Origin: Epithemia pelagica
Taxonomy: Eukaryota > Protista > Bacillariophyta
DNA length: 64,000 nt
Direction of reading: 5' to 3'
Assembly (NCBI GenBank): GCA_946965045.2
Contig: OX337240.1
Span: 1,426,001-1,490,000, forward strand
Below are positions 1-11,380 of the stretch, piece after piece. Position 1 is the stretch's first letter. The number at the start of each line of letters is the position of its first letter. The position numbers and the translations under genes were made by a program. The notes beneath the pieces were generated by a model. The model saw nothing but the letters and a program-made list of their open reading frames with translations, ran no database searches and had not been told where the DNA came from.

Positions 1-33
1 ACTGAAAGCGCCAGCTTGCTGATCATATTTCTT

Positions 34-1038
34 CTATTGTTGTTTTTGTTGTGATTGTGGTTGAAATAGTCCCACTCGATCCGCGAGGTAGAGAGAGCAT
101 GTGAGACTGGCAAAATGACTCAGCAAAATATTGGTATTGGCCTGTACAATCAAGACATCCAAGGGTTGGACGAATCCTACTGGCGTGGTGGCTCCGGCAG
201 CCGCCCCATAGACATTTCCAAAGGTACTTCCCGCCGTCAAAACCTTGAGCGCCAAGGATCCGACAATCTCTTCCGCCGCGAGCAGTGTCAAAAACAAACC
301 CACCAAGTTCAAACTGACTTGAACCCGAATCGCACGTCGTAACAGTTCACCCGGTGTGGCAGGAAGAAAGGGGGATTTTTGTCCCTGTCGCGAATTGGGT
401 GGTCTTTGTTGCTGCCTTTGTTCTTGTGCAGAAGAAGTTTGGGGTGGAACCACCGACTTGTCCCGAAGCAATCGACGAGAGAGTCTCGTTCCGTTGCCCC
501 ATGTCCACAAAATCGACAGAAAGGAAACCGTCAAACCCAGTGCCGACAAGAAAAACGAAGGTGGATTGCCCGCTCGATTGGCTTTGGTAGCATTCGACGC
601 AAACAAGAGAATTGTACAGCTAATCACCGTCAATATCGTTTGCGCCCACCATGAAAACCAAGATGTCCGTTTCAGCATTCGGCTCGCCTCTTGAACCAAT
701 GGATTGACGTTGTTGTTGCCCACACGAGGAGGGACGTTGTTACCGATACTTTCGTGTAATCGCACCAAAGCTCTGGAATCGTTTGTCGTACGCTTCCTCG
801 CCGTCAGAGACCTCGGAAATGAATATTTCTGCGAACATGAACTAGAGAAAAGGTTCCGCCGAGAACCTGAGAAATGTTTGATGCTTACGATCCCAGGTTC
901 GAATGGAGATTTCCCATTCACTGAGGAGTGATCGGATCTGCTTGTTGTCCTTTGAGATAGGTGAAAAGATGCAACAAAATTCATGCCGCTCAAGAGCAGA
1001 AGTGCTGCATAAGCGAAACTCCGATTCATGGCTCTCAT
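34..1038 (-). CDS. DUF3611-family membrane protein, probably plastid-targeted
   Basis: 334-aa ORF. Signal peptide ends in VAS-F (ASAF-like bipartite presequence). Three hydrophobic helices. C-terminal QPLDVLIVQANTNILLSHF resembles the conserved DUF3611 block as I recall it. Confidence 0.7.
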   Translation of the reverse strand: MRAMNRSFAYAALLLLSGMNFVASFHLSQRTTSRSDHSSVNGKSPFEPGIVSIKHFSGSRRNLFSSSCSQKYSFPRSLTARKRTTNDSRALVRLHESIGNNVPPRVGNNNVNPLVQEASRMLKRTSWFSWWAQTILTVISCTILLFASNATKANRAGNPPSFFLSALGLTVSFLSILWTWGNGTRLSRRLLRDKSVVPPQTSSAQEQRQQQRPPNSRQGQKSPFLPATPGELLRRAIRVQVSLNLVGLFLTLLAAEEIVGSLALKVLTAGSTFGNVYGAAAGATTPVGFVQPLDVLIVQANTNILLSHFASLTCSLYLADRVGLFQPQSQQKQQ

Positions 1039-1411
1039 TCTTGTCTGCTTGCCGTCGATGTGATCTGCTCTCTTTCGATCGTCTCTGATACTTATGTCTG
1101 TAGCAAAGGAGAAAGGAGTATAGCTCGTCGCCGACTCTTCTCTATGTTTGTGTCGGCGTCTTGAATCTTGTGCCCGTACACCTCCGTCGATGCAATGGCA
1201 TACATAATATCCGCGACCACTATTTTTGATTTTTGTAATCCATCACCATAAAGCCGATGACCACAAGAAACAACTGCTTCGATATGATCATGTAGCTTAT
1301 TAATCTTAGAACGGTAATGTAGAAGAGCTCATGTTCCTGAAACTATACAGTCACAATTATGGTTGTATTCAAAATCATAGTCAACATGTAAGTCCTGGCC
1401 TATTCGAACAC

Positions 1412-2731
1412 CTACTTGGTGACCTCTTCGATTTTCTTTTCCACCTTCTTCATGAAACCTTCGGCATCAAAATCTTGTACCATGTCTTTCAAGTTGGAGA
1501 TGCTATTCATGATACCTTCCGTGTCGGGCAGAGTCGCGGAATCATCGCTACCCTTGAAGGACAACTTGAGGTTTTCCAATTTGGCCGCGCCTTCACTGTT
1601 CAACTGAAAGCGTACAAAAGTGTCGGATTCTTCCAATTCGTAGACCGAGTTGAAGGCAAAGTATCCGGCAGCAAGGATTGGGAGGAAGATGTTGGGGTGG
1701 AAGAACATGCTGTTTTCGACAATGGGATGTCCAGTCAAGGCTTCCCACATGGCAAAGTAGGTAATGGCCAACATGGCACTACGTCCATGACTCACTTCCA
1801 CTTCTCGCAATCCCTTGCGCGAGTAGGCATCATCACCAATCGAGTTGTACAGATTCAGAGGATCAAAGCCATAGTCACCAGCCACACCCCACTTCCACAC
1901 GTCGGCCATGTCCTTGTTGTGCATGCGACCGGATGGTGTGTTGCTCACTTGGCGGAAACAAGTCTTGTACTCCAAGAATCCAATGGCACCGAAAATGGCA
2001 GCAAAGCCAATAAAGGAAATGGGGTTGAATCCATTCAATACAGATGGTGCGCATCCATTTTGCAACATCCAATCGGGCGCCAACAACTCCGAGATGGGCC
2101 ATCCGATGACGGCAAGCATCGCCAACCGAGCGTGACGGATCTCCGCTTCTTGCATTGTGTAGAGATCGTATTCTTCCGTGAATCCAAGGGGATCAAATCC
2201 ATAGTCCCCAGCATGGCTACCATCCAAGGCAGGAGGGCGCTTGAGGAATGGTACCGCAATCGATTCATCCTTGTTGCTGTATCGGCCACTGTGAAGACGA
2301 ATGAAAATGACGTGAAAGGAACATGAATGCAAAAATAAAGGTGAGAGGGAGGAGGGAAAGAGAAAGCATCAGTCTCATTTACATGGAGAGAGACAAGTCT
2401 CGCCGACTCTGCTTCGGCATACTGCTGCAAGGGACGGAAAAACTCACGGTTGAATCGTGCTATATCTACTGGAGACGTCGTCCGCGTCGGAAGCTTTCAC
2501 GGCAGCGATATCATTGATTGTCGCAGTCTTGGAGTCACCCCCAGAAACGATTTCCTCCTCGGATTCCTTCTTGGTCTCGGGTTCGGCCACAACCGATGCG
2601 AAGAGCGCTTCCACGTTCACCGAGTTTTGACTAACAGTTGGACTCGCCGAGTACGTGAAAGCAGTCACGGCCAAAGCCTGAAGAGCCAAAGCGGCAACGA
2701 TTGTTCCTGTTTGAGTGGCAAACTTGGTCAT
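1412..2731 (-). CDS. Light-harvesting complex (LHC/FCP-family) chlorophyll-binding protein with a long C-terminal extension; 2 exons
   Basis: Exons 2448-2731 and 1412-2288 (1161 nt, 386 aa) with a phase-2 GTGAGT...CACAG intron at 2289-2447. Presequence MTKFATQTGTIVAALALQALAVTA-F. Motifs GDYGFDPLG, EIRHARLAMLA, FDPLNL and EVSHGRSAMLA. Confidence 0.85.
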
Positions 2732-3218
2732 GGTGACGGTTGCTCTGTTGTTGTCGTGTGCTTGCGTTGCTTCGTCGAATGTTGTGGAGTACCCCAAGAT
2801 GTGAATTTGATGGGTCGTCGGTGGAGAAGCACCCAAAGAAATGGATTCCACTTTGTCCCATCAACAAATAATTACGTCACCATTCCAGTTTCCGTGCTTT
2901 TGGTCCTGTGACGTAAGATGCGAATCAAAGGCGATCATGGAAGAGTATCCGGAAGGAATCTGACGTGGTTTGCGTTCCACGATCGAAAGGAAAGATCGCA
3001 CATGCAAGCACACGCACCCCAAAAAGAGAAAGAGACCCACGTACACGTGTCTGTGTCTACGGTACGAGATTGCTACATGGCCATGACTACCTATCTAGAG
3101 TCTAGAGGCTCGTAGGAGTAAGCATAATGCATAGGAGTATAACCAAGCTTCCTCTTTCTACCGAAGCTGTTTATGTGTATCGTCTATCCAGATATTTTCA
3201 GTTTATTGTAACGATGGT

Positions 3219-4523
3219 CTAGACCGAGGAGAGCTGATACTCCTCAATGAGTTTATCAAACTCTTTACTGGAGAGATAGGTCAAGAATCCTACTCCAGTG
3301 GCATTGTCGGGGCCTTCGGCCGCAATGTCAATGACACGAGATTTGTTGAGGACCTTACGGACCACTTCGTCGGCTGTCTTGTGGCAAAGTTGTTTGGACC
3401 CGGATTGCAAAATGTCGGGGAGCAAGGCTGTGATCAAGCCACACACGTGCGGACAGGCCATGGACGTTCCCGACATGTCTTGGTATTCTCCATTGCCAGG
3501 TTTGAAACTAATCACATTCACGCCGATCCCGGCATAGTCGACTTCCGGGTTGGTGTTGGAAAAGTAGGCAACGGGCAAACCAGCCGCCTTGGAAACGGCG
3601 GCAACACTAATGCATTCCGGCCACATGGCTGGGAATCTGTATTTGAATTGTAAGGGCAAGTGGTGAGATTTCAACAATACCAGTTTTCAATGTCTCATCA
3701 TGATTCCGGTGGACACGTACGATCTTTCGTTGGTCATTGGATTATCATCGCCCTCATTTCCTGCAGCACAAACCACAATGACATCTCGCTCGTTGGCAAA
3801 CTTGACGGCTGTCCGAATGTTGAGCGATGCAAAGCGTCCTCCCAGCGACATGTTGATAATCTGACACCCATCGTAGACGGCTTCGACAATGGCCATGGCA
3901 ATGGCCTCGTCGACACCAATGGATCCTTCCTCACCAAACACGCGATAATCGTAAATCTCGGCATCGGGTGCCATCAAATGAATGGTACCAGCAACATGGG
4001 TGCCATGATCGTCTTGTTCCAAAGGCGTGCCGCCTCGGAACCACAACTGATGCTTGACCTGTCCATGGAATCCAGCATGTTCGGCGTCGACACCCGAATC
4101 AATGACACCCACTTTAATGCCCTTACCGGTCTTGCCCTCCTTGCGAAGCTTGGCACCGCCCGTGAGACGAATGCCCAATGGCAAGGCCAAGTCATCTACA
4201 GTTTCTTCGTCTTGTGGTGGTGGTGGTGCCTTGGCGGGTCGACGCACGACCGAAGGTTGCTTGATTGCCGTAACCTCAACTACTTTGGAAGACATGGTGG
4301 TGTTTGTGTTTGGTTCAATGACAGTGGAAGGAACGGGAGGTTCGACGACTTGTTGTTGTTGTTGTTGTGGAAGAGGCTCTGGATCCGATTTTGTGGTGGG
4401 AGCTGGCTTGGTGTGGCCTTTCTTCTGCTCTTGGTTTGTCTGGTTCTGGATATCGTCGTCGTCGGCTGTGGCGTCTTTGGGGGAGCAAAGCGAATCAAGA
4501 CACGATCCAAGACAATCTTGCAT
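3219..4523 (-). CDS. Subtilisin-like serine protease (peptidase S8); 2 exons
   Basis: Exons 3721-4523 and 3219-3636 (1221 nt, 406 aa); intron 3637-3720 is GTACGT...TACAG. Catalytic motifs VGVIDSG (Asp), HGTHVAGTI (His), AAGNEG (oxyanion Asn) and GTSMACPHV (Ser). Confidence 0.9.
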
Positions 4524-5262
4524 GCCTACTCAGGGAAGGACTGGAAGTGCACGTCTTTTCCACTCGAGAGCTGATACCTACCACAAAGGATTGTCACAAT
4601 GATTTCAATAATGCGGAACACCAACTCGATATCCCCGATTGATCTCGCGGAGAATGCACAAAAAGACACAAGACGAAGAGATAGGAGTGAATCCCATGAG
4701 CGTTCCCGGATTAACACCGGGTCACGCTTGCTACCCTTCTCATCCAATCCCGTAATTTGATTCCCGGACTCCAGATATTGCGCGACTCACACGCCGTTCC
4801 AAACGTGCATTCGCATTTGGATACGCACCCAAGTACTACCCGGCGGTGAGCACGGTGAGAACAAGAGAAGATCCAAAATTCTGATCCAAGTTGACACCTC
4901 TCTCACTTCTCATCGGTTAGAATGAAATGTCTCCGTTAAATATATTATCAAATTTACAGAAAGATCTTTATTACGAGTGATCAGGTGTATGTCTGGTTTC
5001 GTAAAGTTCTACGCACCTTGGTACAGAGGGTATCTTTTGGAGAGTTGGGATGACACCAACCCATGTGATCTCATCCTTGACACAGAATAGGTTCTACCAA
5101 GAGCGAGTTGATTGCTTGCTGTCTTGGAAACAAAGCAACCAAAAGATCGCATTTCCTACAAAATTACGTTTCCAGTTCGAACCTCGTTGTTCGAACCTCG
5201 TTCAACGTTTACCGAATCCAATCTCGAGATCCTCTCTCTCTACAGACACCGCTACAACAATA

Positions 5263-5724
5263 ATGGGCAAGCCGAAGAAGACCGCCGCCGTGGAAGAATT
5301 CAAGCTCTCCAAGTAAGTGGATGTAACGAGATCGAGGCATGAAGCGAATTGCGATCCTGATCGTGATATCCATGAGACATTTTCGCCTTGGATACAAGGA
5401 TCTTTTCCCTCTCTTGAGATCTTTTGAATTCCAGCCAAGAGACACGTATCTCACAAGTACTTTTTCCTCTACTCTTGTCACCGCTCTCCAAATTTTCAGG
5501 AAGGACCAAAAGAAAGTCGACAAGCTTAGCGCTCAAATCCCTTTCCATGAATCCAGTAAGTTTGATACATATCCAACTCAACCTTCCTTGGTACAGCCGC
5601 ATGACTAACTTCATTGTGTGTGCTTTTTTGCATTCCTACAGGAGGTAACAAGGAAGAAGTAGTCAAGATCCAAGAGCAAATCAAGGACATTGAAACCAAG
5701 GCCAGAGAAGCGGCTGGTTTCTAA
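5263..5724 (+). CDS. Small Lys/Glu-rich protein of unknown function, 62 aa, 3 exons (absent from the ORF track)
   Basis: Exons 5263-5312, 5500-5555 and 5642-5724 (189 nt). Both introns have GTAAGT donors and pyrimidine-rich CAG acceptors, and the phases match. Product: MGKPKKTAAVEEFKLSKKDQKKVDKLSAQIPFHESRGNKEEVVKIQEQIKDIETKAREAAGF. Confidence 0.75.
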
Positions 5725-6187
5725 GGAAGATTCTGTGCTGCATCGTTCTCTCATATGAGGGTTGGCCGCTTGTTGGAGCAACCCTTTTCTTGTCGTCTCG
5801 TCGTTTTTCATTCCATGAATGTAAAGCGTCGACGGTCGTTTGCAGAATAGAGTGTGCACATAACATCTTCCTTATACTAATAGACACGACTTGATACTTT
5901 TTGCCGAGTCTCTTTCATTTGTACCTGTCCATAAGGTTGCCTGACAGAAGTTCCGCTTGCATGGGGAAAGTCTCAACAAGTGGATTTGTGGAGTCGTCAG
6001 CGATGCGTACGTCGTGTGGCGTGCACAGCCCATACGCACGACAAACGACGATAGTCAATCCCCCTTACCCTTAAGTCACGGGTTGACAATCCCTCCCCCC
6101 CTTTAAAATGTTCATGCCATTATCATCAAAGAGTGTCCATGACCATTGGACGACTTACTGGAACTTGCTGAACACTGATTCTCCACC

Positions 6188-7195
6188 ATGGTTTCCTCAT
6201 CCATCGCCACAGCCGCCCTGTTATCGACGGGTTTGATCAGTTTGGCACCGAATTTGCTGTTATTCCTGTTCTCGGTCGAAAAATCGAATCCATCGTCTCT
6301 CAAATTGTTCTTGAACTTGGGTCAGGCGTTGGCATCCGGTGCCTTACTCGGTGACGTCTTTCTTCACGCACTACCTCATGCCGAGATTAATGACGAAACA
6401 GGTATTTGGATATTGGCCGGCTTTGTCATGTTTCTGCTGGCAGATATCCTTGCGAGAACCATTAGTGGAGATCATGGTCATCACCATGGCGACCATGCAA
6501 ACAACGACGACTCTTCATCTTCTTCTTCTGCTTCCAAAAGTCGGACCAAGCTTTCGGCCGTCGCTCTCAGTCTGATTGCGGACTCTCTCCACAACTTTAC
6601 CGATGGACTTGCCATTGGCGCTAGTTTCACGGCAGAATCTTCGGCGTCCATGATAGGCCAATCCATCTCGTCGTTAATGGCTAGCCGAGGGGGCTTGGCC
6701 ACCATTTCCGTCATGCTGCATGAAATTCCGCATGAAATTGGAGACTTTTGTACCTTGATTCAAGCTGGATTTACCAAGAGACAGGCCATTCTGGCGCAGT
6801 TTGTGACGGCCATTGCCGCCATGGTGGGGACCTTGGTGGCACTCTTTGTGTCGGACCTCTTTGCGGGAGATGGGCTCAGTCTCATTACAGCCGGAGGTTT
6901 TGTCTACTTGGCCTCGGTGACCATTCTTCCCGAAGTGTTGGGAGAAAGCAAATCGTTTGGATACGCCATGGCGCAAGTGGTGGCATTCTTGACCGGTGTG
7001 GCATTTATGCAGTCGGTGGCAATTTTGGAAGAACATGATCACTCGCATCATCACCATCATGGACATTCACATCATCAACAGCATGCAGATCATCATCATC
7101 ATGGACATGCTCAACACCAACATGAGGTGCACCATCATGGTGGTCATGATCACCACGGACACGATCATGGTTCGGCGGTCCACACAGAGCTGTAA
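6188..7195 (+). CDS. ZIP-family (LIV-1/ZIP7-ZIP13-like) zinc transporter with His-rich C-terminal tail
   Basis: 335 aa. Motifs GALLGDVFLHALPH, DSLHNFTDGLAIG (TM4) and HEIPHEIGDF (LIV-1 signature, TM5). About 27 His in the last ~55 residues; ends in HTEL. Confidence 0.9.
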   Translation: MVSSSIATAALLSTGLISLAPNLLLFLFSVEKSNPSSLKLFLNLGQALASGALLGDVFLHALPHAEINDETGIWILAGFVMFLLADILARTISGDHGHHHGDHANNDDSSSSSSASKSRTKLSAVALSLIADSLHNFTDGLAIGASFTAESSASMIGQSISSLMASRGGLATISVMLHEIPHEIGDFCTLIQAGFTKRQAILAQFVTAIAAMVGTLVALFVSDLFAGDGLSLITAGGFVYLASVTILPEVLGESKSFGYAMAQVVAFLTGVAFMQSVAILEEHDHSHHHHHGHSHHQQHADHHHHGHAQHQHEVHHHGGHDHHGHDHGSAVHTEL

Positions 7196-7716
7196 AAGAC
7201 AACTGCCTACTATTCAGTTGCTTTTGCGTCGTCCAATCCGGTGGTTTCGACGATATGATTCTGGGCAAAAACAGTCTTTGTATGATTGTATGAGATGACA
7301 GTGAGAGACGCATACCAAGGTTTCTTCACTCACAAATCTCGAGTCCAACATTCATATCCTTTTAACTGTACGACGATCCGATTCTACTCGAAAGATCTAC
7401 TAGTTGCAGCTAAGGAGATAGAAGGTTGTCTGTTTACTCTAATGGACAGAACTTTTGGTCTTGATAGTAATGATTACAGCAACGGAGGAACCACATCCAT
7501 ATGTCTTCCTTTTGTTGCTTCTACTATAGTCTGGTATATGGCTCTCTTATCCCAAACTAAAAACAACTTATGGAAAAGATCATCGGTGTGGCCAATTCTC
7601 ATGCTCGTGAGAGTCTGCTCCCCAAATCCGAAATATCCATTTACTTGTTCAAACTGCACCTAGATATGACACAAGCCCCGAGTAGTGATTATGGTTGACA
7701 TAGATGCGATCGCTTG

Positions 7717-9507
7717 CTACCGGTTCAACTGATTGACTTGTTCTTGCAACTTGTCCAAAAAGGCTGGAGCATCCTCCTCCAAGACATCCTGCAACTCGGG
7801 TCGTAAATCGGCCATGGGACGATCAGCATGCTTGGTGGCATGATTGTAAATGAAATCCACCAAGGAGGATTCTGGTTCTCCCAACAACTGCTGAATCTCT
7901 TTGGCAATCCATTCTTTCAAGTCGCCCACTTGTTCCACCTTGCTTCGTTTGGCCGGAGGAGGCTGTACAGCACCAGCTTCACTAGCAGCCGCAGCAGTAG
8001 TAGTACTGGCTTGTGTCATCCATGCAGGCAAGTTGGACACACCACGAGGCCCTGTTCCTTGCTGTGGTGGCGCTCCTTGTGGTGGTGGTAAAGGAGGTTG
8101 CGGGAGCTGCTCCGTGTTCGGCGGAGGGGGGAATGGTAAAGAAGGGGGAGCAGCCATATTCGGCGGCGGTGGAGGCAACATTCCTCCTCCTGCTGCTGCA
8201 GATGTAGGAGGTGGTGGTAAGTCATGCATGGGAGGTGGTGGCATGGGTGGTGCTCCTCCATGAGGAGGAGGTGGCAGTGTTCCCCCGTGAGGTGGTGGTG
8301 GCAGTTCTCCTCCTCCACCACCCACGGGAGGAGGAGGGGGCATGGAGGGTGGTGGACCCATCATCGGCGGAGGCGGTGGTCCTCCCGCAAACGGAGGAGG
8401 TTGTCCTTGTAGGGGGCCTTCGCCACCAGGAGGTCCTGGTGGTGGTTGTTGACGCAATCGTTCCATGGCGGCCTCCAGTTTGTTCATGACCAATTCTTTT
8501 CGCCGGACGGCCTTATGTCCTTGTTGCTGTTCCAATGATTGACGAAACTGACGTACTGCGGATAAAACTGCTGGATTCTGCAAGGGATCTTCTTCTTCTC
8601 CGTCTCCTCCATCCTCACCCATGGTGATTCCAGATGAGTTAGCGGCGGTTGTAGTTGTTGTATCAGCGGGGTTATTGCTCGCATTTGGCCCACCTAACTG
8701 AGACGGATCACCACTGCTACTCGATAACAAGTGTTCGTACGAGACTTGGAGTTTTTCACAGAGGCTATCGACAAGTTCAGGTGTATAATCCGGAAAGGAT
8801 GTAGGAGGGGGGAGGGGAAGATTGGGTTGTACGGGTACCCAATGGACTGCCGTTCTACCCACAGAATCATTGGTATTTTGGTTGGAATTTCGTTGCGTCC
8901 AAAATTGGCGCATGGCTGACACTAATTTCATGGCTCCATCCGCATGGGCACATGTCACCAAGGCATGAGTGGCCAACACGGGGACGCTTCCGACTGTTTC
9001 TCGTTTGTTCTTGTCTTGTGATTCGTCCTCTTTTTTCACAGTTACACTAGACACAGTCTCTTCAGCTCCAATATCAAGCTTTAGTAAGGAAAAGAGGTCC
9101 CTGGTTTTCGGTTTCAAAGAGGAAGCCGTCGTCGAGGGTTTCTCGGGGTGGTGGTTGTCACGACGTTGCAATGCTTGCGGCGAACACATGTGGATATGTC
9201 GGACACCCACCACTTCCACCAACCACGTTCGCAGTCGACTCTTTTCATGAAAGAGTTCCGGTAAGTTGGTCAGCAACACTGTTTTGGAGAGCGAGGGACG
9301 AGGAATGGAGGGAGGAGGTACCGCAAGGGGAACAACAGGAGGAACTCCGACTGTGGTGGGTGGTGGTGGAGGAGGAAGGGCGCCACCGGGTGGTGGTAAT
9401 GGCGGGGGTGGCAAGGCTCCACCAACACCACCGGGAGGAGGCGGGGGCATCATCATATTGGGAAGGGGGACCGGAGGTGGAGGAGGTTGGGTTGTTGTCG
9501 ATGCCAT
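7717..9507 (-). CDS. Proline-rich protein with C-terminal PWI domain (RBM25-like RNA-processing factor)
   Basis: 596 aa with poly-Pro tracts. C-terminal LKEWIAKEIQQLLGEPESSLVDFI...LQDVLEEDAPAFLDKL matches the PWI pattern. Confidence 0.75.
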   Translation of the reverse strand: MASTTTQPPPPPVPLPNMMMPPPPPGGVGGALPPPPLPPPGGALPPPPPPTTVGVPPVVPLAVPPPSIPRPSLSKTVLLTNLPELFHEKSRLRTWLVEVVGVRHIHMCSPQALQRRDNHHPEKPSTTASSLKPKTRDLFSLLKLDIGAEETVSSVTVKKEDESQDKNKRETVGSVPVLATHALVTCAHADGAMKLVSAMRQFWTQRNSNQNTNDSVGRTAVHWVPVQPNLPLPPPTSFPDYTPELVDSLCEKLQVSYEHLLSSSSGDPSQLGGPNASNNPADTTTTTAANSSGITMGEDGGDGEEEDPLQNPAVLSAVRQFRQSLEQQQGHKAVRRKELVMNKLEAAMERLRQQPPPGPPGGEGPLQGQPPPFAGGPPPPPMMGPPPSMPPPPPVGGGGGELPPPPHGGTLPPPPHGGAPPMPPPPMHDLPPPPTSAAAGGGMLPPPPPNMAAPPSLPFPPPPNTEQLPQPPLPPPQGAPPQQGTGPRGVSNLPAWMTQASTTTAAAASEAGAVQPPPAKRSKVEQVGDLKEWIAKEIQQLLGEPESSLVDFIYNHATKHADRPMADLRPELQDVLEEDAPAFLDKLQEQVNQLNR

Positions 9508-9870
9508 GGTCGTTCAAGGATCTCTGCACTCTGCAACGGCGCCAACAGCACAGGCAAGCGATCGGACTGCTATTCCATTCCTGTTCTGTCTCTACCCATC
9601 GTTGAGTCACGAACAATATCTTTATCTGCTATCCTAGGAGTAAGTCCTAAGCCTATTCCATCGACGTAATGTAGCTAGAGCATATCTCTCATCTTCTCGT
9701 AGCAACAAAGAAACTCCGATTTGTTTAACAAGGCAATGCTCAACAAAGCTTAGGGTCGGTACTAGATCATTATGTCCGCAAGGAAATCCTTAAGAAATCT
9801 AGTAATCGAAAAAAGCAAGACAAAATGTCTAGGTAGGAAAGATGGAAGCAGGTTGGAACTCCATTGCTAA

Positions 9871-11380
9871 TCACCGAGGACTAATGCTTCGATGTTGTTC
9901 AATCTGCCGTCGAGCCCATTGTAGCAACAGTTCGTATGTCAAAAAGGTGATACAAGTGTTGGGTAACACTCGAATCAAGGTAATGGGAAAACCGGCGTAA
10001 AACCCAAAGAGCCCATCCTTGGCATAAATTCGTGCACACGTGTCCAAAAATCCCACATGTTTCATGCGAGCGTCTTGCATGCGAGACCGAATCACTTCGT
10101 GGGGATACGATACCGAACAAGCCATCATTTTGGACATGGCACTGGCCACCAAAAATTCGACGGGCGCATTGTTACGTTTGTCCAATCGCATTCGTTTTTT
10201 CAAGGCTTCGTAGACAGGAAATTGAATGGCCACATGGGACAATCCAATGAGATTGGCCAACATGCCGCGCCAAAAAATCAGCAGGCCACCTTCTTGATAC
10301 AGCCCTCGTATCGTTTCCGAGACGGTTTTGGGTCGAATCGAAGAGGTAGGGGAGGCGGCCGTCATGACATGCAAGGCATCGGTTTGTAGCCGTGTCCGTA
10401 CGACAAACATGGGATTGCAAATTACATCGGCCACGGCCCCCGCAGTCACGGCCGATCCCAAGTGAATCCAGGTTGGACTAAAGCCAGGATAATGAATGGT
10501 CCAATGACGTTTCAAATCGTCGTACAGTGGAACTGTCACGATGCAATCGGCAGAATGCAGAAACAAAACACAGAAAGCAAACAAAGAAAGAGTTCATGAT
10601 GAAATGAGTTGGTCAGTGAATTCTCCATCAAAAAGACGTCTACGTCTGTAAAAGAGCCGGCGCTTTACTTCGACGTTCGCTTGTGGCTTTTGGTGCATAA
10701 ATGTCATTTTACTTACAGTAAATGCCCCAAAATGCCGGTACGGTCACCAAGGTCGCCGCCAATCCTCGAAAACAACCCGCAAATCCTTCTTTTTGAATAA
10801 TTTCTCTCATGAGCAAGGGAATATTGGCCAAGTGTCCTCGTTGGCTCACGACCCAACTCCCGACTTGCGGTTGTTGTTGTGGCTGCTGGACAAAGACATC
10901 GCCCCAGACTTGCAATCGAGTCCGAACCAAATCCAAGGGCGCACACAAAATACTCGCCAAGGCCGAACTCCCGGCACCGGCAACCAAGGAAGACCACATG
11001 TAAATGGGATCACGATGCAAATGCAAGTCCAAGGGTGCCGCCGACGACGACGAACCCTCTGGGGATGATGGTGGTGGTGCTTGTATGGATTGGGATGGAG
11101 TAGTGTTGGTCCCCATGAATTTCTTTTTGTTGTCCCAGGAAAACAGTGAAGTTGGATTGAAGCGTGAGGATAAGCTTGCTTTGGTAGTTTCCGGGGATGT
11201 TGACGACGACGATTCCGAAGATGAAGACGATGCCATGGTGTCAATGGACGGGTTGTTACTGCGATGATTGCGGTTACCGAACTTGATGGACGACGATGGC
11301 TGCAGGCTAACCAAGAAAAACACAATGACCAAGACGGCGTGCTGAGAAATCCAACAAGAAGGAAACAACCAACGTCTCAT
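9871..11380 (-). CDS. Mitochondrial carrier family protein (SLC25; NAD+/folate/pyrimidine-nucleotide carrier clade); 2 exons
   Basis: Exon 1 ends at 10717 and exon 2 is 9871-10532; the phase-1 intron GTAAGT...GACAG joins to GIY-F-PLYD. Three carrier signature repeats: PLDLVRTRLQ, PMFVVRTRLQ, PHEVIRSRMQ. Start uncertain (11380 or 11236). Confidence 0.88.

Noticed and set aside
1331-4602. Long + strand ORFs 1331-2326, 3660-4574 and 4054-4602
   Set aside because: Antisense shadows of the LHC and subtilase genes, with no motifs of their own.
5175-5202. tRNA gene or SINE at the B-box-like repeat
   Set aside because: No A-box at a suitable distance, no cloverleaf and no poly-T terminator.
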